Shown: positions 26,918 to 41,127, counted from the stretch's first letter. The stretch is DNA of 64,000 bases from Octopus bimaculoides (GCF_001194135.2 NC_068981.1:13865593-13929592), one strand, 5' to 3'. Translations and numbers: made by a program. The notes: generated from the sequence alone by a model not told the origin.

Positions 26918-27121
26918 CTGTTTCAAAGCAGACATAATTGCATCACCATGCATCCAAGGCAAGGCGTCCTTTATATAACAAGGCACACCTTTTGTCTTAT
27001 TATGGTTGTAGACAATTCCGCGCCGGAATGTGTGTTGAAACACTTTTATATCGTTTTTTAACATTTGCTCGAGGGCATGAACTATCACGTTGGTAGCATC
27101 GATCGAAAGTGCAACTTCATG
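26918..27121 (-). CDS. Ionotropic glutamate receptor ATD exon (HEVALSIDATNVIVHALEQMLKNDIKVFQHTFRRGIVYNHNKTKGVPCYIKDALPWMHGDAIMSALKQ)
   Basis: 204 bp, phase 0-0, with acceptor catttacag and donor CAG|GTAGAG. ALxxDAxxVxxxAL and C...PWxHGxxI..ALK match the iGluR ATD. It joins in frame to the flanking exons. Confidence 0.92.
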
Positions 27122-27571
27122 CTGTAAATGAACAAGAAATAGAATGCGATTATCAAATGAAAATTTATAGACATGAAAAGATTATATTTGTTCATTTATT
27201 TTAAACAGTCCGAATAAATGCTATATACTTTATATCTCTAATATTTATTCTGAGAGTTATTTTCTTAACTCTTTAATCTATGATGTTATATAGTGTAAAA
27301 CTATGTAGTTTCTATTTAAACATGTGTGATCACATGATATTGAAAAAAAAAACATTATCAACATTATGGTCTTCATAGAAACTTTCATCATCGCTATTAC
27401 CATACTTATCTTGAAAATCAGGAAAATGTTTTCTAAATGTTCTTATTGCCATAGAAATCATTCGTATCGGCGTAACTTCAAGTATATCGTATCTTAATAA
27501 AGAATATTCGAAGTGTATGTATGTGTCTGCGTGTATATCTATCCATGCATCCATGTATGTATCTATCTATC

Positions 27572-27603
<32 letters not shown>

Positions 27604-27685
27604 GACACACACACTCACAGTCACACACATACTAACACACATATACGCACTCACAGACACACACACTCACAGACACACACACACT

Positions 27686-27719
<34 letters not shown>

Positions 27720-27805
27720 NNNNNNNNNNNNNNNNNNNNNNNNNNNNNNNNNNNNNNNNNNNNNNNNNNNNNNNNNNNNNNNNNNNNNNNNNNNNNNNNN
27801 NNNNN

Positions 27806-27839
<34 letters not shown>

Positions 27840-27930
27840 CTTTAAGATACAGCATTTTACATCAAGCCGCTGACATATTTTACAAAACTGACATTACGGT
27901 GACATGGAATTCCAAGCGTTGCGCTACATA

Positions 27931-29188
27931 CACGGGTTGGACAATATAATGGAAACACCTAGCATCATAGCATCATAATTTTGAAATATCTATAAAACCG
28001 TCAAAAGCTTGTTTATTTTTATGTTGTCTTTTTAAAATTTATTATTAGAGTTGCTTAATATGTTTTGCTAAAATTGACATTTCTTTTCAGATATCATCAG
28101 AAAAAGGTAATTAAAATTCATTAAAAATGACAGATCTATCGGACTTTCAAAGACGTCAAATTGTTGCTGCTCGTATGGCAGGCGCTAGCATAACGAAACA
28201 GCTGAAATATTTGGTGTATGAAGAAGTACTGTCGCGAAAGTAATGATAGCCTTTGAAAAAGTGGTAAAACCCCCTCGTCGAAACAAGACTCCAGAAGAAA
28301 ACAAAAACTTTCATATAGAGACCGTCGGACTCTTACGCGAATTGTTACAAAGAATCACAAAAGTACAGCTCCCAAAATTATTGCAGACCACCTCGAGTAA
28401 CCAGTTTCCACAAAAACTGTTCACCGAGAGCTTCACAAAACCGGATTTCACGGGAGGGCATCAATCATAAAACCACTACTTTCAAAAACATTTAGAGGGC
28501 AGTAAAAACCTACAGAGTTGGTCTCTAGAGCAGCGGAAGAATATTATTTTCTCGGACGAGTCATCCTTTACCTTATTTCCGACCACCGGCCGAATATACG
28601 TGTGGAGACAGCCAAAAGACGCATTTGGAACAGACTGCCTTTTTCCAACTCTTAAACATGGAGGGGGATCTGTGATGATCTGGCGGGGGCTGTATCTTGG
28701 AAATCTGCCGGCGCAATGGTTTCCCTTCATGACAGAATTAGTAGTGAAGACTATTTAAGCATGTTATCTGATCAAATTCATTCTGTGGTTGCGAAACGGT
28801 TTCCGGGGGGAAACGCAATCTTTCAGGATGATAATGCACCAATTCACACAGCTAAAGTTGTTACTGAATGGTACGAGGAACATTCTAGTGAAGTTGAACA
28901 ACTTATCTGACCACCACAGTCACCAGATCTCAATATTATTGAACATTTATGGTGCATTTTAGCAAAACAAGTCAGGAGTCGGTATCCTCCACCATCATTA
29001 CTACAAGAACTGAAAGCTGTCTTAGCCTGAAAAACGGACAAAAATTCCCTTGGAAACAATTCAAACTTTGTACGAGTCCATACCTCGTAGACTTCGAGCT
29101 GTAATTACTACCAAAGGCGGTGCTACTCCATATTAAAATAAATTTGTTTGAAATTTTAAGGTGGTTCCATTATATTATCTAACCTCTC
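27931..29188 (+). mobile_element. Tc1-family DNA transposon, full length, inactivated transposase (28127-29136)
   Basis: 30-bp TIRs (cacgggttggacaatataatggaaacacct / aggtggttccattatattatctaacctctc) flanked by TA. The transposase reads MTDLSDFQRRQIV...IFSDES...FQDDNAPIHTA...PPQSPDLNIIEHLW, with stops and frameshifts. Confidence 0.95.
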
Positions 29189-29747
29189 TATCTCTTACAT
29201 CCCACCACACAAACTACAAAAATTGAAGGGACATACTGGATAGAATAATCTTAATTGTATTGTATCTCGACAAAAGAAAACAAAAATAAAACAATAAAAA
29301 ACAAGTCGGAATAATCAGGAAATTTATGCCTGTGATAATGAGCGTTCATACGCTATCTTTGATAGGAGTTTTATTATCGCCTGGTGCACGGAATAATTAG
29401 AATAAATAACAATAACAACAGCAGCTTTACTCCTAACGCATGACATAGATTCACATTCTGAATTTTTGTGTACTTCCAGCATTTATTTTTTCACTATCTA
29501 TCGTTGGTTATCATCGTTTACTAATCTAATTAAGCCATTTTTATCTACACATTATCCACCGTACGTAAAATATGTTCCGAGGGCTAAAGCTAGCACATTT
29601 GATATATTTGTAAAAGCTGCTTCTACCCCTTGTCATTGCAAAACTTACAACTGTTGTCGAAATTTCAGTGTAACCGATGAACACCATTCATATAGTACCA
29701 ATGGTTGTGATGGTATACGGTGGACGTTACATTTTGATGCCTCTAAT

Positions 29748-29784
<37 letters not shown>

Positions 29785-30957
29785 NNNNNNNNNNNNNNNN
29801 NNNNNNNNNNNNNNNNNNNNNNNNNNNNNNNNNNNNNNNNNNNNNNNNNNNNNNNNNNNNNNNNNNNNNNNNNNNNNNNNNNNNNNNNNNNNNNNNNNNN
29901 NNNNNNNNNNNNNNNNNNNNNNNNNNNNNNNNNNNNNNNNNNNNNNNNNNNNNNNNNNNNNNNNNNNNNNNNNNNNNNNNNNNNNNNNNNNNNNNNNNNN
30001 NNNNNNNNNNNNNNNNNNNNNNNNNNNNNNNNNNNNNNNNNNNNNNNTATCATAGAAATATATTTCAAAAAGAAAAAAAAAATACACGTGTAAAAGATAT
30101 GCGGAAAGTAAGAAGATTAAAAGCGAAATTGCACTTAGAATATCAAAAACGTAATGGCTTTTTTTATGAAAAGTAGCGATAAATAAATATAATTAGATGA
30201 ACTTAGGTAGAATTAAGAGGAATTAAATTCATTATTTTCAATTATTAAAGAGATTCAAAGTCAAACCGGCATCTTCATTGCTGTTCACTGGTTTTGAATG
30301 CGTACCGATTATCAAACGGTGTCGGCACTACTAGTCCCTGAGTGAAAAGTTTGTGTAAGGGAGGTAAGTAGCTCTGGTCGTGGTACAATTAGGGTCGATA
30401 TAATACTGTAATATGAATGGTACAAGGAATGTATGTGTGTTAGTGGTATTATTGGTAAACTTAGTAGTTTTCTGTATTATGTTGTGTTCATGTTAAGTTG
30501 TGGATGACATTTATTGATGAAAGTTGCCTTTCGTTATTCATTCTTTGCTGTACTATGGTATTCTGTGTACATATATGCATATATTTGCATATATATATAT
30601 GTACATAAATATATATATGCATTAGATATATACATGTATGCATATATGTGCAAATATATATGCATACACACACACACACACACACATATAGCACGTCACT
30701 TATATAAGTAATTGTATCCCTTCTATGTTATGCGTTTACGTCCGCATCCACAAAGTAAACATTTAATAATGAAATCCAACACAAAAAGACAGGTATTAAT
30801 AATGAGCACGCTAATATGTGGGAAGAACAGCTCATGCAGTGGTACAAGAACAAATTCAATCTCACAGACAGTGATTCGACACTTATTAGAAATATGAAAA
30901 ATACAGATAACGGATTCTCTAGTAACTTTGGTTATATAATGAATATAGTATTAACAA

Positions 30958-31026
<69 letters not shown>
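30958..31026. repeat. (TAA)n microsatellite
   Basis: Directly visible. Confidence 0.95.
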
Positions 31027-31343
31027 CACCTAGAAAAGGATACAAACTATACCATATTCAGCTTCAAACTCAACTATTTTATTTCAATCACACCAGATTG
31101 AATCAAACCACTATATTATTACAATACATTAATAAACCATGGGATGTGATTAAGTCTCCTACTGTAAATATACGTATTACAATGTAAACTTGAAGACTCA
31201 TGACTGAAATTTCAAGACTAGTATATAAATTTGTATATACACACATGCATATATACAAGTTATACAAGCATATACATACCTATATATATGTGTATGTGTG
31301 TGTCTGTGTGTGTCTGTGTGTATGCTTGTGTATGTTAAATACA

Positions 31344-31383
<40 letters not shown>

Positions 31384-32014
31384 TCTACGTATAAGTATGC
31401 ACACGCACGCGCAATACACACACACATCGGTTATACAATAGCGTCCCTTTCCCGTGGATTAGCCATGCATGGAAATCAAGGAGGTAGCGCAAGTTCTAAT
31501 GCAATGCACAAAATATATTTGTCAGAGAAAGCAAGCTTATAAAACCAAGGGCAATTTTACAAAATTGAAAGAAATAGCTAATGGCAGCTCTAAACATTTT
31601 AAACAAAACATATACACACAACTCTATCAAACATAAAAACATATGTCATGATATTAAATCTACCAGGATCTTGTCACACAATTTTAAATCCAGTTTTGAG
31701 GACTTTATCAATCATAAATTTATTCCCAAGTCTTTTGCGGCGTAAGGCAGAACACGCAAGGGAATGCCATTGAAACAAGTTAATTTGAAAATGTGATTGT
31801 GAAAGTCACAAAATGTCATCGTAATTCATTCGGGAACGTCAATGCTGCAAGGCAAAATGAAGGTTTAATAAGGAAAACCGAACAAGCCTTAATAGAAAAT
31901 ATCAATTTGAAATGGTAAAATAATTTATATCTTGTGGTCACATTGTTTTACGTCATCCGACGTTCTCATTGGGCTGTATTTTAATGGTTCTTGGCTCCTT
32001 CGTTTTGCTGTTTG

Positions 32015-32054
<40 letters not shown>

Positions 32055-32550
32055 GTGCGTGTGTGTGTGTGTGTGTAGTCGTATGCCCGAGTGTTTTAGA
32101 AGATCGCATCTAAATTACGAGGTCACGGGATCGATACTAGGCTTGGTATATTGCTGGTTATTTTCTATAGTCATTTTCACTCATAGGGTATGAGTAAAAT
32201 TTGTGAGACAGAATAATAATAGAGAACCTCTCGAAGGAGAGAACTAGGAGTTCGAAGGTACAGACATATCATACTGCCCCACCGACGCTGACAGAGTTAC
32301 ATTTAGGGCATAGATATGGTGGAGCATGTTCAACCACACTTTAATTCAATGAACAGGAAATTTAGCTGATCGGACAACGAACAATAGCATAGTATTCATC
32401 GAAACTGACGAAGAACCCCCAATCTATATAATGTGTGTGGGTGGGTGTAGTTATGAATGGATATATACATATACATACATACATATATGGGTGTGTGTGT
32501 GTGTGTGTGTAAATGCCTATATATATGTGTGTGCGTGTGTATGCTTGTGT

Positions 32551-32586
<36 letters not shown>

Positions 32587-33064
32587 CTTGTACGTATAAT
32601 TATGCACATGCACACACACACAGACATCGCTCCCCTCACACACACACACATATACGCATGCGTATACTCGTGTGTGTTGGTTACGCATGCGCTAATGACA
32701 ATAACATAGGAGAGAATACAAAAGAAATTCAGCTTTCGTTTAATCTACGCTACGTTGTAAAACCTGCCTAGTTTTTCTCGAATCTTTATTATTAGTGATA
32801 TATTTTTAACATAATAAACTGCACAATAATATTCCAGTTGCTCACAATCATTCGTGGAGGGTGAGAAGAAAGCAAATGGGTTTCTATGCCCTGTGAAGTG
32901 AATGAGGAATGACTAAATACTGAAAAACCAAAATATTCAATTATATTAATGGCACGTGCAAACAGAAATAACCATAGAGACAACTCTTTTGAAAATAATG
33001 GGAAGTATGAAGACTTGTTTCTGACAATAGTTTTCTGTAGGTGTATTAATTTTTAGAATGCCGA

Positions 33065-33104
<40 letters not shown>

Positions 33105-33806
33105 CTGTGTGTACACACACACACTCATATATATATGTATGAAAGAGAGTGTGTGCATATATATAGAGATATCAGTGTGTATAGTTTCTCTCTCGGCATT
33201 CTCGTTTGTTTATTTCTGCTGGGTGCTTTTCATTTCATTTCGTTTCGTTTATTATATTACAGTTTTTATATATACCATATATTTTTGTTCTTTTTTTTTC
33301 CTTTTATTTGTATATAACTTCAATGCTTTTGTATTGTTTTCGTATTCTTTTTATTTTCTTGATATACTTTTAGTTCTTTCACTTTCTTTTTCTGCATATT
33401 CCGTTTGTCACGCGCTTCTACCTTGTTTAGAACACAAAAAGAAACAACAAACAAAAAAACAACAAGGAATATAAGCTATGACATGTAGTTAGGGAGAACA
33501 TCAACTACAAGTGGAACAACCAACGCAAAAAAGCCAAAAAGTCCCCAGAACATTTTATATATATATATATATATATATGGACTGTGTATGTATGTTCTTG
33601 TAAATACAAATAAATGAGGTACTCTGTACATAAGGGAGAGTAAATTATAATATCCATAACAGTTTACGAATTAAGATTATCCGATCTCTAAAAACCTCAG
33701 TTGTTCCACTCTTGTTTTTCTTGTTGTTGCTGCTATTATTATCATTTTTATTATTGTCATTATTATTATTATTATTATTACTATCATCATCATCATCATC
33801 ATTATC

Positions 33807-34000
33807 AAGGCAGTGAGCTGACAGAATCATTAGCACGCCGGGCGAAATGCTTAGCGGTATTTTGTCCCCCTTCAAGTTCTGATTTCACATTCGACGACGT
33901 CAGCTTTCTATATCATACTTTCGGTGTAGTTAAATAAAGTACCAGTGAAACTCTGGGATCGATGTAATGGTTCCCAATCCCCTCGCCCTTTAGTAGAAAA
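33807..34000 (+). mobile_element. tRNA-derived SINE family B
   Basis: aaggcagtgagctgacagaatcattagcacgccgggcgaaatgcttagcggtatt..., homologous to 57020-57248. Confidence 0.7.
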
Positions 34001-34504
34001 GATTGTTATGATTATTACTGATATTGTAAATTCTACTTTTATCATTCTTACTAAATACCCTTGCAAATACACGCGCGCGCGCGCAAGCAGTAATCACATT
34101 CGGTTAAAATGTCTTATTGATACGTTTTGTTTCTCTTTTTTCCTGATGAGAAGATTGCATTGTTTTACATCATTTTATTCCTTCTGGAATAATACCAATG
34201 TTTTCTTCGAAACATATGTCGGAAGTATAAAGATTTGAATAACACCTGCAATTAACTCCATGTATTTATTTATTTATCGATGTAATACAAAAGCATTTCA
34301 CCAAAACTTGGAATTTCTACCATCATAAGTAAGCTGTTACATCATTGGTACTTATGTGAATTTTTGCTACCCTGGTAACTATTTATTTATTATTTCCGTA
34401 TTATTCGTAGACATTGAAAAAATACACATACAGTTGGATACACTTCACCCAGGTTTCCATATAAAAGAAAATAGTTACCACATATGGAGTTATTTTATAT
34501 AAAC

Positions 34505-34975
34505 GCATCTTTTAAGATTATACCCATTCCACCAAGGAAAAATGTTCCTTCAGCAACTCATTAGTAAGACAAACTCCTTTATTAACCGTATTAGATGGCT
34601 TGCTTTCTTTTTCGACAATAAAGACATTAAACAGCCCTCTAACGATCTAACTGCTGGATTCAAGAAATTTTTTAAATCTAAAAAATAATCCTCCACCTAA
34701 CCCAAGATTGAAAGGTTCAAGAGTATCACTGGTCTATCGTGAGGATTATGAAATTCCACCGTTCACCCTTAAGGTATAAACATCTGAGGTATCTTCACAA
34801 TATCACCAAAGAAATTCATAACATGGATGGGATACTGGTTCAGTCGGATAAAACAGGAAACTTATACAGACTAACAAAGGATTATTACCTTGAATTGCTT
34901 AGAAAAGAAATACAAAAGAATTATAGGATTACTGGTAAAAGTGCTATCAAGAAAACCAACAAGAGAAATACATAA
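34505..34975 (+). mobile_element. Penelope-like element, N-terminal RT-region fragment
   Basis: QLISKTNSFINRIRWLAFFFDNK and ILVQSDKTGNLYRLTKDYYLELLRKEIQKNY resemble PLE (IVPADKTxNLY) proteins. Stops and frameshifts are present. Confidence 0.75.
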
Positions 34976-35010
34976 ATACGAGTGCCTCGTATTTATGTGT
35001 TAATCTTGTT

Positions 35011-35085
35011 TTTCCTGCTGATGATAGCTGGCCTTGCAAATTATTTTATTTTGCTCAAAATAGTTTGAAACCTTGGTTCAGGAAA
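35011..35085 (+). ncRNA. Type I hammerhead ribozyme motif downstream of the PLE fragment
   Basis: TTTCCTG-CTGATGA-TAGCT...AGTTT-GAAA-CC-TT-GG-TT-CAGGAAA. Stem I is a perfect 7 bp, the core is canonical, and stem III is short and near-palindromic. Confidence 0.65.
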
Positions 35086-35215
35086 TAGATGGTAAATATT
35101 TTTACTTTTCATTCCCTTTAGAAATTATACATAATTGTGGTTTGGAGTTTGACTGCACCTTCTAGTGGGTTAGATGTCCTATTATGGACATCTCTCTCAT
35201 GTGATTAAATGTACA

Positions 35216-35257
<42 letters not shown>

Positions 35258-35337
35258 AAAATGAGAGCAAAAGAAATAATATTATTAAGATTATACATCT
35301 GAAAAAGTGCAGGACAATTCATTACACTTGAAGCAGT

Positions 35338-36052
35338 TCAGGACAAACTATTACGTCTGGTAAAGTACAGACCATTAAAATGTTTATTTAAATTATTGCA
35401 GCTAAGGAGAAAAATTGAAATAAAATATTTAGATTTAGAAAATATTAGCTTTTATTAAAAGTGAAGACTTTTTTTTACGAGTTATTACTTCTATTTGTTA
35501 TAACTTGTCACTTCTATTAAACATTTTAAAAACATTACTCAAAATATTTTTTCACTTTAAAAAAATTCATTTGTTTTTAATTATTAATTAATAATTAGAT
35601 ATTTGAAAATAGGTTATAAAAAAATAAAAGTAGTACATAATTAGCCAGTACAATAAATAGAATAATACAAAAAATAGTTAAATATTATAGTAAAATCTAC
35701 CTTTAACAACAAATTCACTGCATAATTTGCTTGAGTTATTGCCTAAGTTATTGCCAAGTCTTCATATTTTTAATCTTGAACAATGCGTATTTTTTACATA
35801 ATAAATTTGCCTATCATACATACTATTCTTCTCTGCATAAAACTTTAGCTATATTGGTACTTCTGGCTCTCATTTTTTAAGTATTCTACTGTGTCGATAT
35901 TATGAAAAATGGTGGTACCTTTTCGAATTATAACGTGACTTTGTAAATTAAAATCAAAAAAAATTTAATAGTCAAATTTTATTCTTAGCTGCAATATTTT
36001 GAGCAAAATATTTCTTGATCTGTACTTTACCAGATGTAATAACTTGTCCTGA
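35338..36052. mobile_element. MITE-like AT-rich element with terminal inverted repeats
   Basis: 35338-35373 matches the reverse complement of 36017-36052 at 32/36, with weaker similarity further in (attgcagctaag). Confidence 0.6.
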
Positions 36053-36805
36053 GGTTTTCCGGATTATTTCTCTTGTTCACATTTTTCCACGAAAGCCATG
36101 TTTTTTCCAGGCTATGCCATTATGCTCATTAATAATGTGTGTCAAATGTGTCAATTAGCGGTGTCGTTGATAATTTTTTTCTTAACTCAATGATGCCAGT
36201 TACATACATTAAAAGTCCCCTAGAACTATATTCATAAAAAAGTATAGAACTATATTATCATCCTCAAATTTGAGAAACAAACACTCATAACCTTTATTTA
36301 AAAAAAAACTGTATTGCATGAGATTGATAGCATGAAATTACTTTGTCATGTAAGCTTAATTAAAATACAGTTTGTTTTAAAATAAAAAGGTAAATTAGGT
36401 GCAAGAATGGCATAGATGCAGGAGTGGCATAGGTGCAGGAGTGACTGCGGTTAGTAGCCTGCTTACCAACCACATATATATTATAGGTAAATTGTATTTA
36501 TTATCTACTATATTATATTATCATAAGAATATGTTATAATAAAGGATCATGTTGATAAATTTAAATTTCTGAATTGACAACTGTATATCTCCGTTTTGCT
36601 TCATTGTTATATAAAATTAAAATCTACCCATGTGAATTGTAAATTTTCTTCTCTACTAAATAGGGTATTAAACAGTTGGGCCAGGGACAGATCGGATTAT
36701 TTCATCACTATTTTCCATGTATTGGATTTAATTTAATATGTATATATTGACTTTTAATAGCATGTTATTAGTATCGCTATGCTTGAGGGATACGGGTATA
36801 TCGAT

Positions 36806-37194
36806 AGGTGCAGGAGTGACTGTGTGGTAATCGTTTGCTTTCCGACCACATGGTTCCGGGATCAGTCCCACTGTGTGGCACTTTGGGCATGTGTCATCTA
36901 TTATAGCGCCGAGCTGACGAAAGCCATAGTAGACGGAATCTGAAAGAAGCTTGTCGTTTGTATATATAGCCCGTCGTATATATATGTATATATATATGTG
37001 TGTGTGTATGTCTGTTTGTGTCCACCCAACATCGCTTGACAACCGATGCAGGTGCCTTTACGACCCGTAACTTAGCGGTTCAGCAAATGAAACTGATAGA
37101 ATAAGTACTAGGCTTACAAAGAATAAGTCTTGGAGTCGATTTGCACGACTGAAGGTGGTGCTTCAACATGGCCTGCAATCAAACGACTGAGACA
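36806..37194 (+). mobile_element. tRNA-derived SINE family C with internal (TA)n(GT)n tract, full length
   Basis: ggtgcaggagtgactgtgtggtaa...ggttccgggatcagtccc...ttgacaaccgatgc...gcggttcagcaaa...ggagtcgatttgcacgactgaagg. Confidence 0.85.
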
Positions 37195-37474
37195 TATATA
37201 TGCATATCTATTTTCCTATATAATCGGAAGTTTTGTCTGTGAATTGTATGTATATGTGATAAATTCATCTCATACAAATGGCTATATTATGAAGAAATGG
37301 TTGATTCTAGTTTCAGTTCTACTTTGGAGTAGTGCCTCCCAAAAAATTTCAGGCTGACCATCTGGTCGTACCTTAATTTAGTAGACCAGAACCGTACGGT
37401 GCTCCATGATGTGTGTGTGTGTGTGTGTGTGAGTGTGTGTCTGTGTGTGAGTGTGTGTCTGTGTGTGTGTGTGC

Positions 37475-37526
<52 letters not shown>

Positions 37527-40500
37527 GTGTATGTGGGCGCTGTTCTTTGTGCAAATTTATGTAGAGTGCAAAAATGGACAACTTTGTGATTCTCTTTTTT
37601 TTTTCATATCTTTTTGTGTGTCCTACATTGTTATTTTTTGTTTAGCAAGAATTAAAAATATTTTCCACCGATTCTGAAATAGTGTATCTATTTGACCATT
37701 GCTCAAATTTTTCCATAGATATGTATTTTATAGCACAACCAGAAAACTCATTTTAATTCACCTCTTAGAACATCTCTCTGAGTCCTTTCTATCACATTTT
37801 ATCTTCCAAAGTGCCTTCTGTGTAATGGACGATTCCCAACGCAATATTTTAGATAGTGCTTTAATTTTTTCGTCATATGTCTTCTGAAATAACGTTGCTA
37901 TATCTAATTTAACTTTAAGATAAGCCCGCAGCGTAATTTTTTTGTAATTACTACAGGAAACACCATGAAATTTGACGCAGAAACACATATATGCATCTAT
38001 ACACACATAAACTTTATAACAGAAAGAACAATTCATCTTTAACCACTGCAAACTACCGTAGAATATGTATACTTAAAGCTAAAGCTGAACGTAATAATCA
38101 CAACTGTAATCTGTAGAAGATGACGCCTATAACTTTGGTAGGAAAAATACTTTTCTGCTAGCAAACAAATTTAGAAATATTATGATTATTTAAAAAAAAA
38201 AAAGATTCTTTATCCACCGGCGTAGAATTAAATCAGTTTGAAAGTTTCTATGAGTAACTCTGCTGTCAAGAGGAAACGAAAAGGAAACATTAAACCTAAG
38301 TACACTGACTTAAAATAAACTGTTGCTAATTAACGGTGAAATGCCAATTAGACAGTGCCAGTAAGAAATAGCATCAAACGAGAAAAAAAAATGTGTTTGC
38401 ATAAAATGAAATACAGAACTGCATTTAAATACTACAGCATAAATGTTTCCTTGCTTACACATATATGCCATTCATATTCACATTTACACGTCCTCTTACA
38501 TGGATATACATACATAGACACGCTATCACTCTCACGTACATAAACAAATATATATATATATATATATTTGTATATATATATATATATATATATNNNNNNN
38601 NNNNNNNNNNNNNNNNNNNNNNNNNNNNNNNNNNNNNNNNNNNNNNNNNNNNNNNNNNNNNNNNNNNNNNNNNNNNNNNNNNNNNNNNNNNNNNNNNNNN
38701 NNNNNNNNNNNNNNNNNNNNNNNNNNNNNNNNNNNNNNNNNNNNNNNNNNNNNNNNNNNNNNNNNNNNNNNNNNNNNNNNNNNNNNNNNNNNNNNNNNNN
38801 NNNNNNNNNNNNNNNNNNNNNNNNNNNNNNNNNNNNNNNNNNNNNNNNNNNNNNNNNNNNNNNNNNNNNNNNNNNNNNNNNNNNNNNNNNNNNNNNNNNN
38901 NNNNNNNNNNNNNNNNNNNNNNNNNNNNNNNNNNNNNNNNNNNNNNNNNNNNNNNNNNNNNNNNNNNNNNNNNNNNNNNNNNNNNNNNNNNNNNNNNNNN
39001 NNNNNNNNNNNNNNNNNNNNNNNNNNNNNNNNNNNNNNNNNNNNNNNNNNNNNNNNNNNNNNNNNNNNNNNNNNNNNNNNNNNNNNNNNNNNNNNNNNNN
39101 NNNNNNNNNNNNNNNNNNNNNNNNNNNNNNNNNNNNNNNNNNNNNNNNNNNNNNNNNNNNNNNNNNNNNNNNNNNNNNNNNNNNNNNNNNNNNNNNNNNN
39201 NNNNNNNNNNNNNNNNNNNNNNNNNNNNNNNNNNNNNNNNNNNNNNNNNNNNNNNNNNNNNNNNNNNNNNNNNNNNNNNNNNNNNNNNNNNNNNNNNNNN
39301 NNNNNNNNNNNNNNNNNNNNNNNNNNNNNNNNNNNNNNNNTATATATGCATTTATGTGTATCCATGCGCCACACACACGCGCACATATACATGCAATAAT
39401 ATATCTATACAACTCGAATGTATCTTAGTGTTTATGATATCCGAGAATTCCTATCCTGGAAAATGGAACTTTTCTGCACTACATTGTTTGTTAGCTTAAA
39501 CGTCATTGCATTTCCACAAAATGCTGGTGCCAGCGTCACGTCAATATCTCATATCAATATCTTCCTTTGGATAGCTTGACCTACGGGTTTAATTTTAATA
39601 TTTAAGTGATTTCAAGTTAAATAGGTCGGACATTCTTCTATTGAAAACCGGCAGTCTATTGACATCCATGTTTTCGATGGAATCACTATTTTCTAAACAT
39701 TGCAATTGTTATTCTGCTAGTTTTTTTTTTTGTTACTATTTTATTATTAATATTTTTGTTGATGTTGTTATTGTTGTTGTTGCTCTTTTTTTATTCTATG
39801 TAATGTTCATATTTCAAAAATGAGACTAACATAAAATGATTTCTTTATTTGTAATGATGGCATAGAAAAATGGGAAATAAAGTGCTTATGCATAATTTAT
39901 AAACTTCCATTGACTTTTGAGTAGATCGTGCTTTAAAGGTTGAACAAATGCTGACGAAGCATTTTTACAAACTAAATTGATTTCTCTTAAGAGAACGTAT
40001 CCTCATTTTGGTAATGTGTAGCTGACAATTTTGATATTGTGCTCCAGACAGTTCCACTTAACTGTCTTGCATAGCTTAACATATGAAAATAATGAGTGTG
40101 GGAGAAATAGACACAAACAAAATGAGGTAGCATGAGGTGGTAGGGATGGAAAGTGTATTAACGTATGACGTTTTATTGATGACAAATGCATTAGACAATG
40201 TAGAGATGTAACATCCAGTACATCATCATCAAACCTATTGACCTCAAACGGCGTTTCTTATGTCATTTAGATATATTGTGAAACTTTATCGAACAATTCA
40301 AACTATCAAAAGTCTTTATATATGCTTCTTTGAGCTCATCTTACTTTTATTCTCCTCCGTTCATCGCCTTCAAAACAATAAAACTTTTCTTTGAAATAAC
40401 AAATACATACGTGTGTGATGTTGATAGAATATTAATCTTAGCATAAATTATGTTTGAAGATCACGTGAGCAAATAGAATATATATTTTAAAAGATATATT

Positions 40501-41127
40501 ATGTTTATTAATAATGTTATTTTAAAATTATGTTGTTATTGCTGTTGGGACTTATGATAATGGAAATAGTTGTACAGTATATAAATACATATTTAAAAGG
40601 TTTCGCTTATGAGCGGATCTTAGAAATTAGGGAACACAATTGTGATTTCGTTGTCCCCAAATTACTGTATTGAGATTCTTAAGGAAATCAAAATAAGTTG
40701 CAGAGTTTTCAGTGAAAGACAACAATGATTTAACGTATTAATATGTATATTATATTCGATCCTTTGACAAATATTATACATACTTACTATATATAAAATA
40801 CGTCAGAATATGCGTAACGAAATCCAATAATAAAATTGTGTGGTGTTGGGGATTCAGACAATCACAAATATAATCATTATAATTCTGTAAACTGAATAAA
40901 ACTAATTTCTTAATCAAAAATACAATTAGTTGAGATTTTAGAGATTGTAAATTCACTGTGTCAAACGCAATAACAACCACTATATAGAGATTCCGATGGA
41001 TATCTGTGTTCTATTAAATTGCGTCGCGGAACAATATTATTCAAACTTTAAATATAATTATCACTCTTCTTTGTTTCATTAACTTGCAAAGTAAATTAGT
41101 TGTTCTTAGTCACATATTGGTGTGGCG

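Noticed and set aside
30757-30960. Plus-strand 67-codon open frame (HANMWEEQLMQWYKNKF...)
   Set aside because: No homology recognised and no splice support.
37289-37357. Signal-peptide-like MKKWLILVSVLLWSSASQKISG* on the plus strand
   Set aside because: It stops after 22 codons with no donor site; probably chance.
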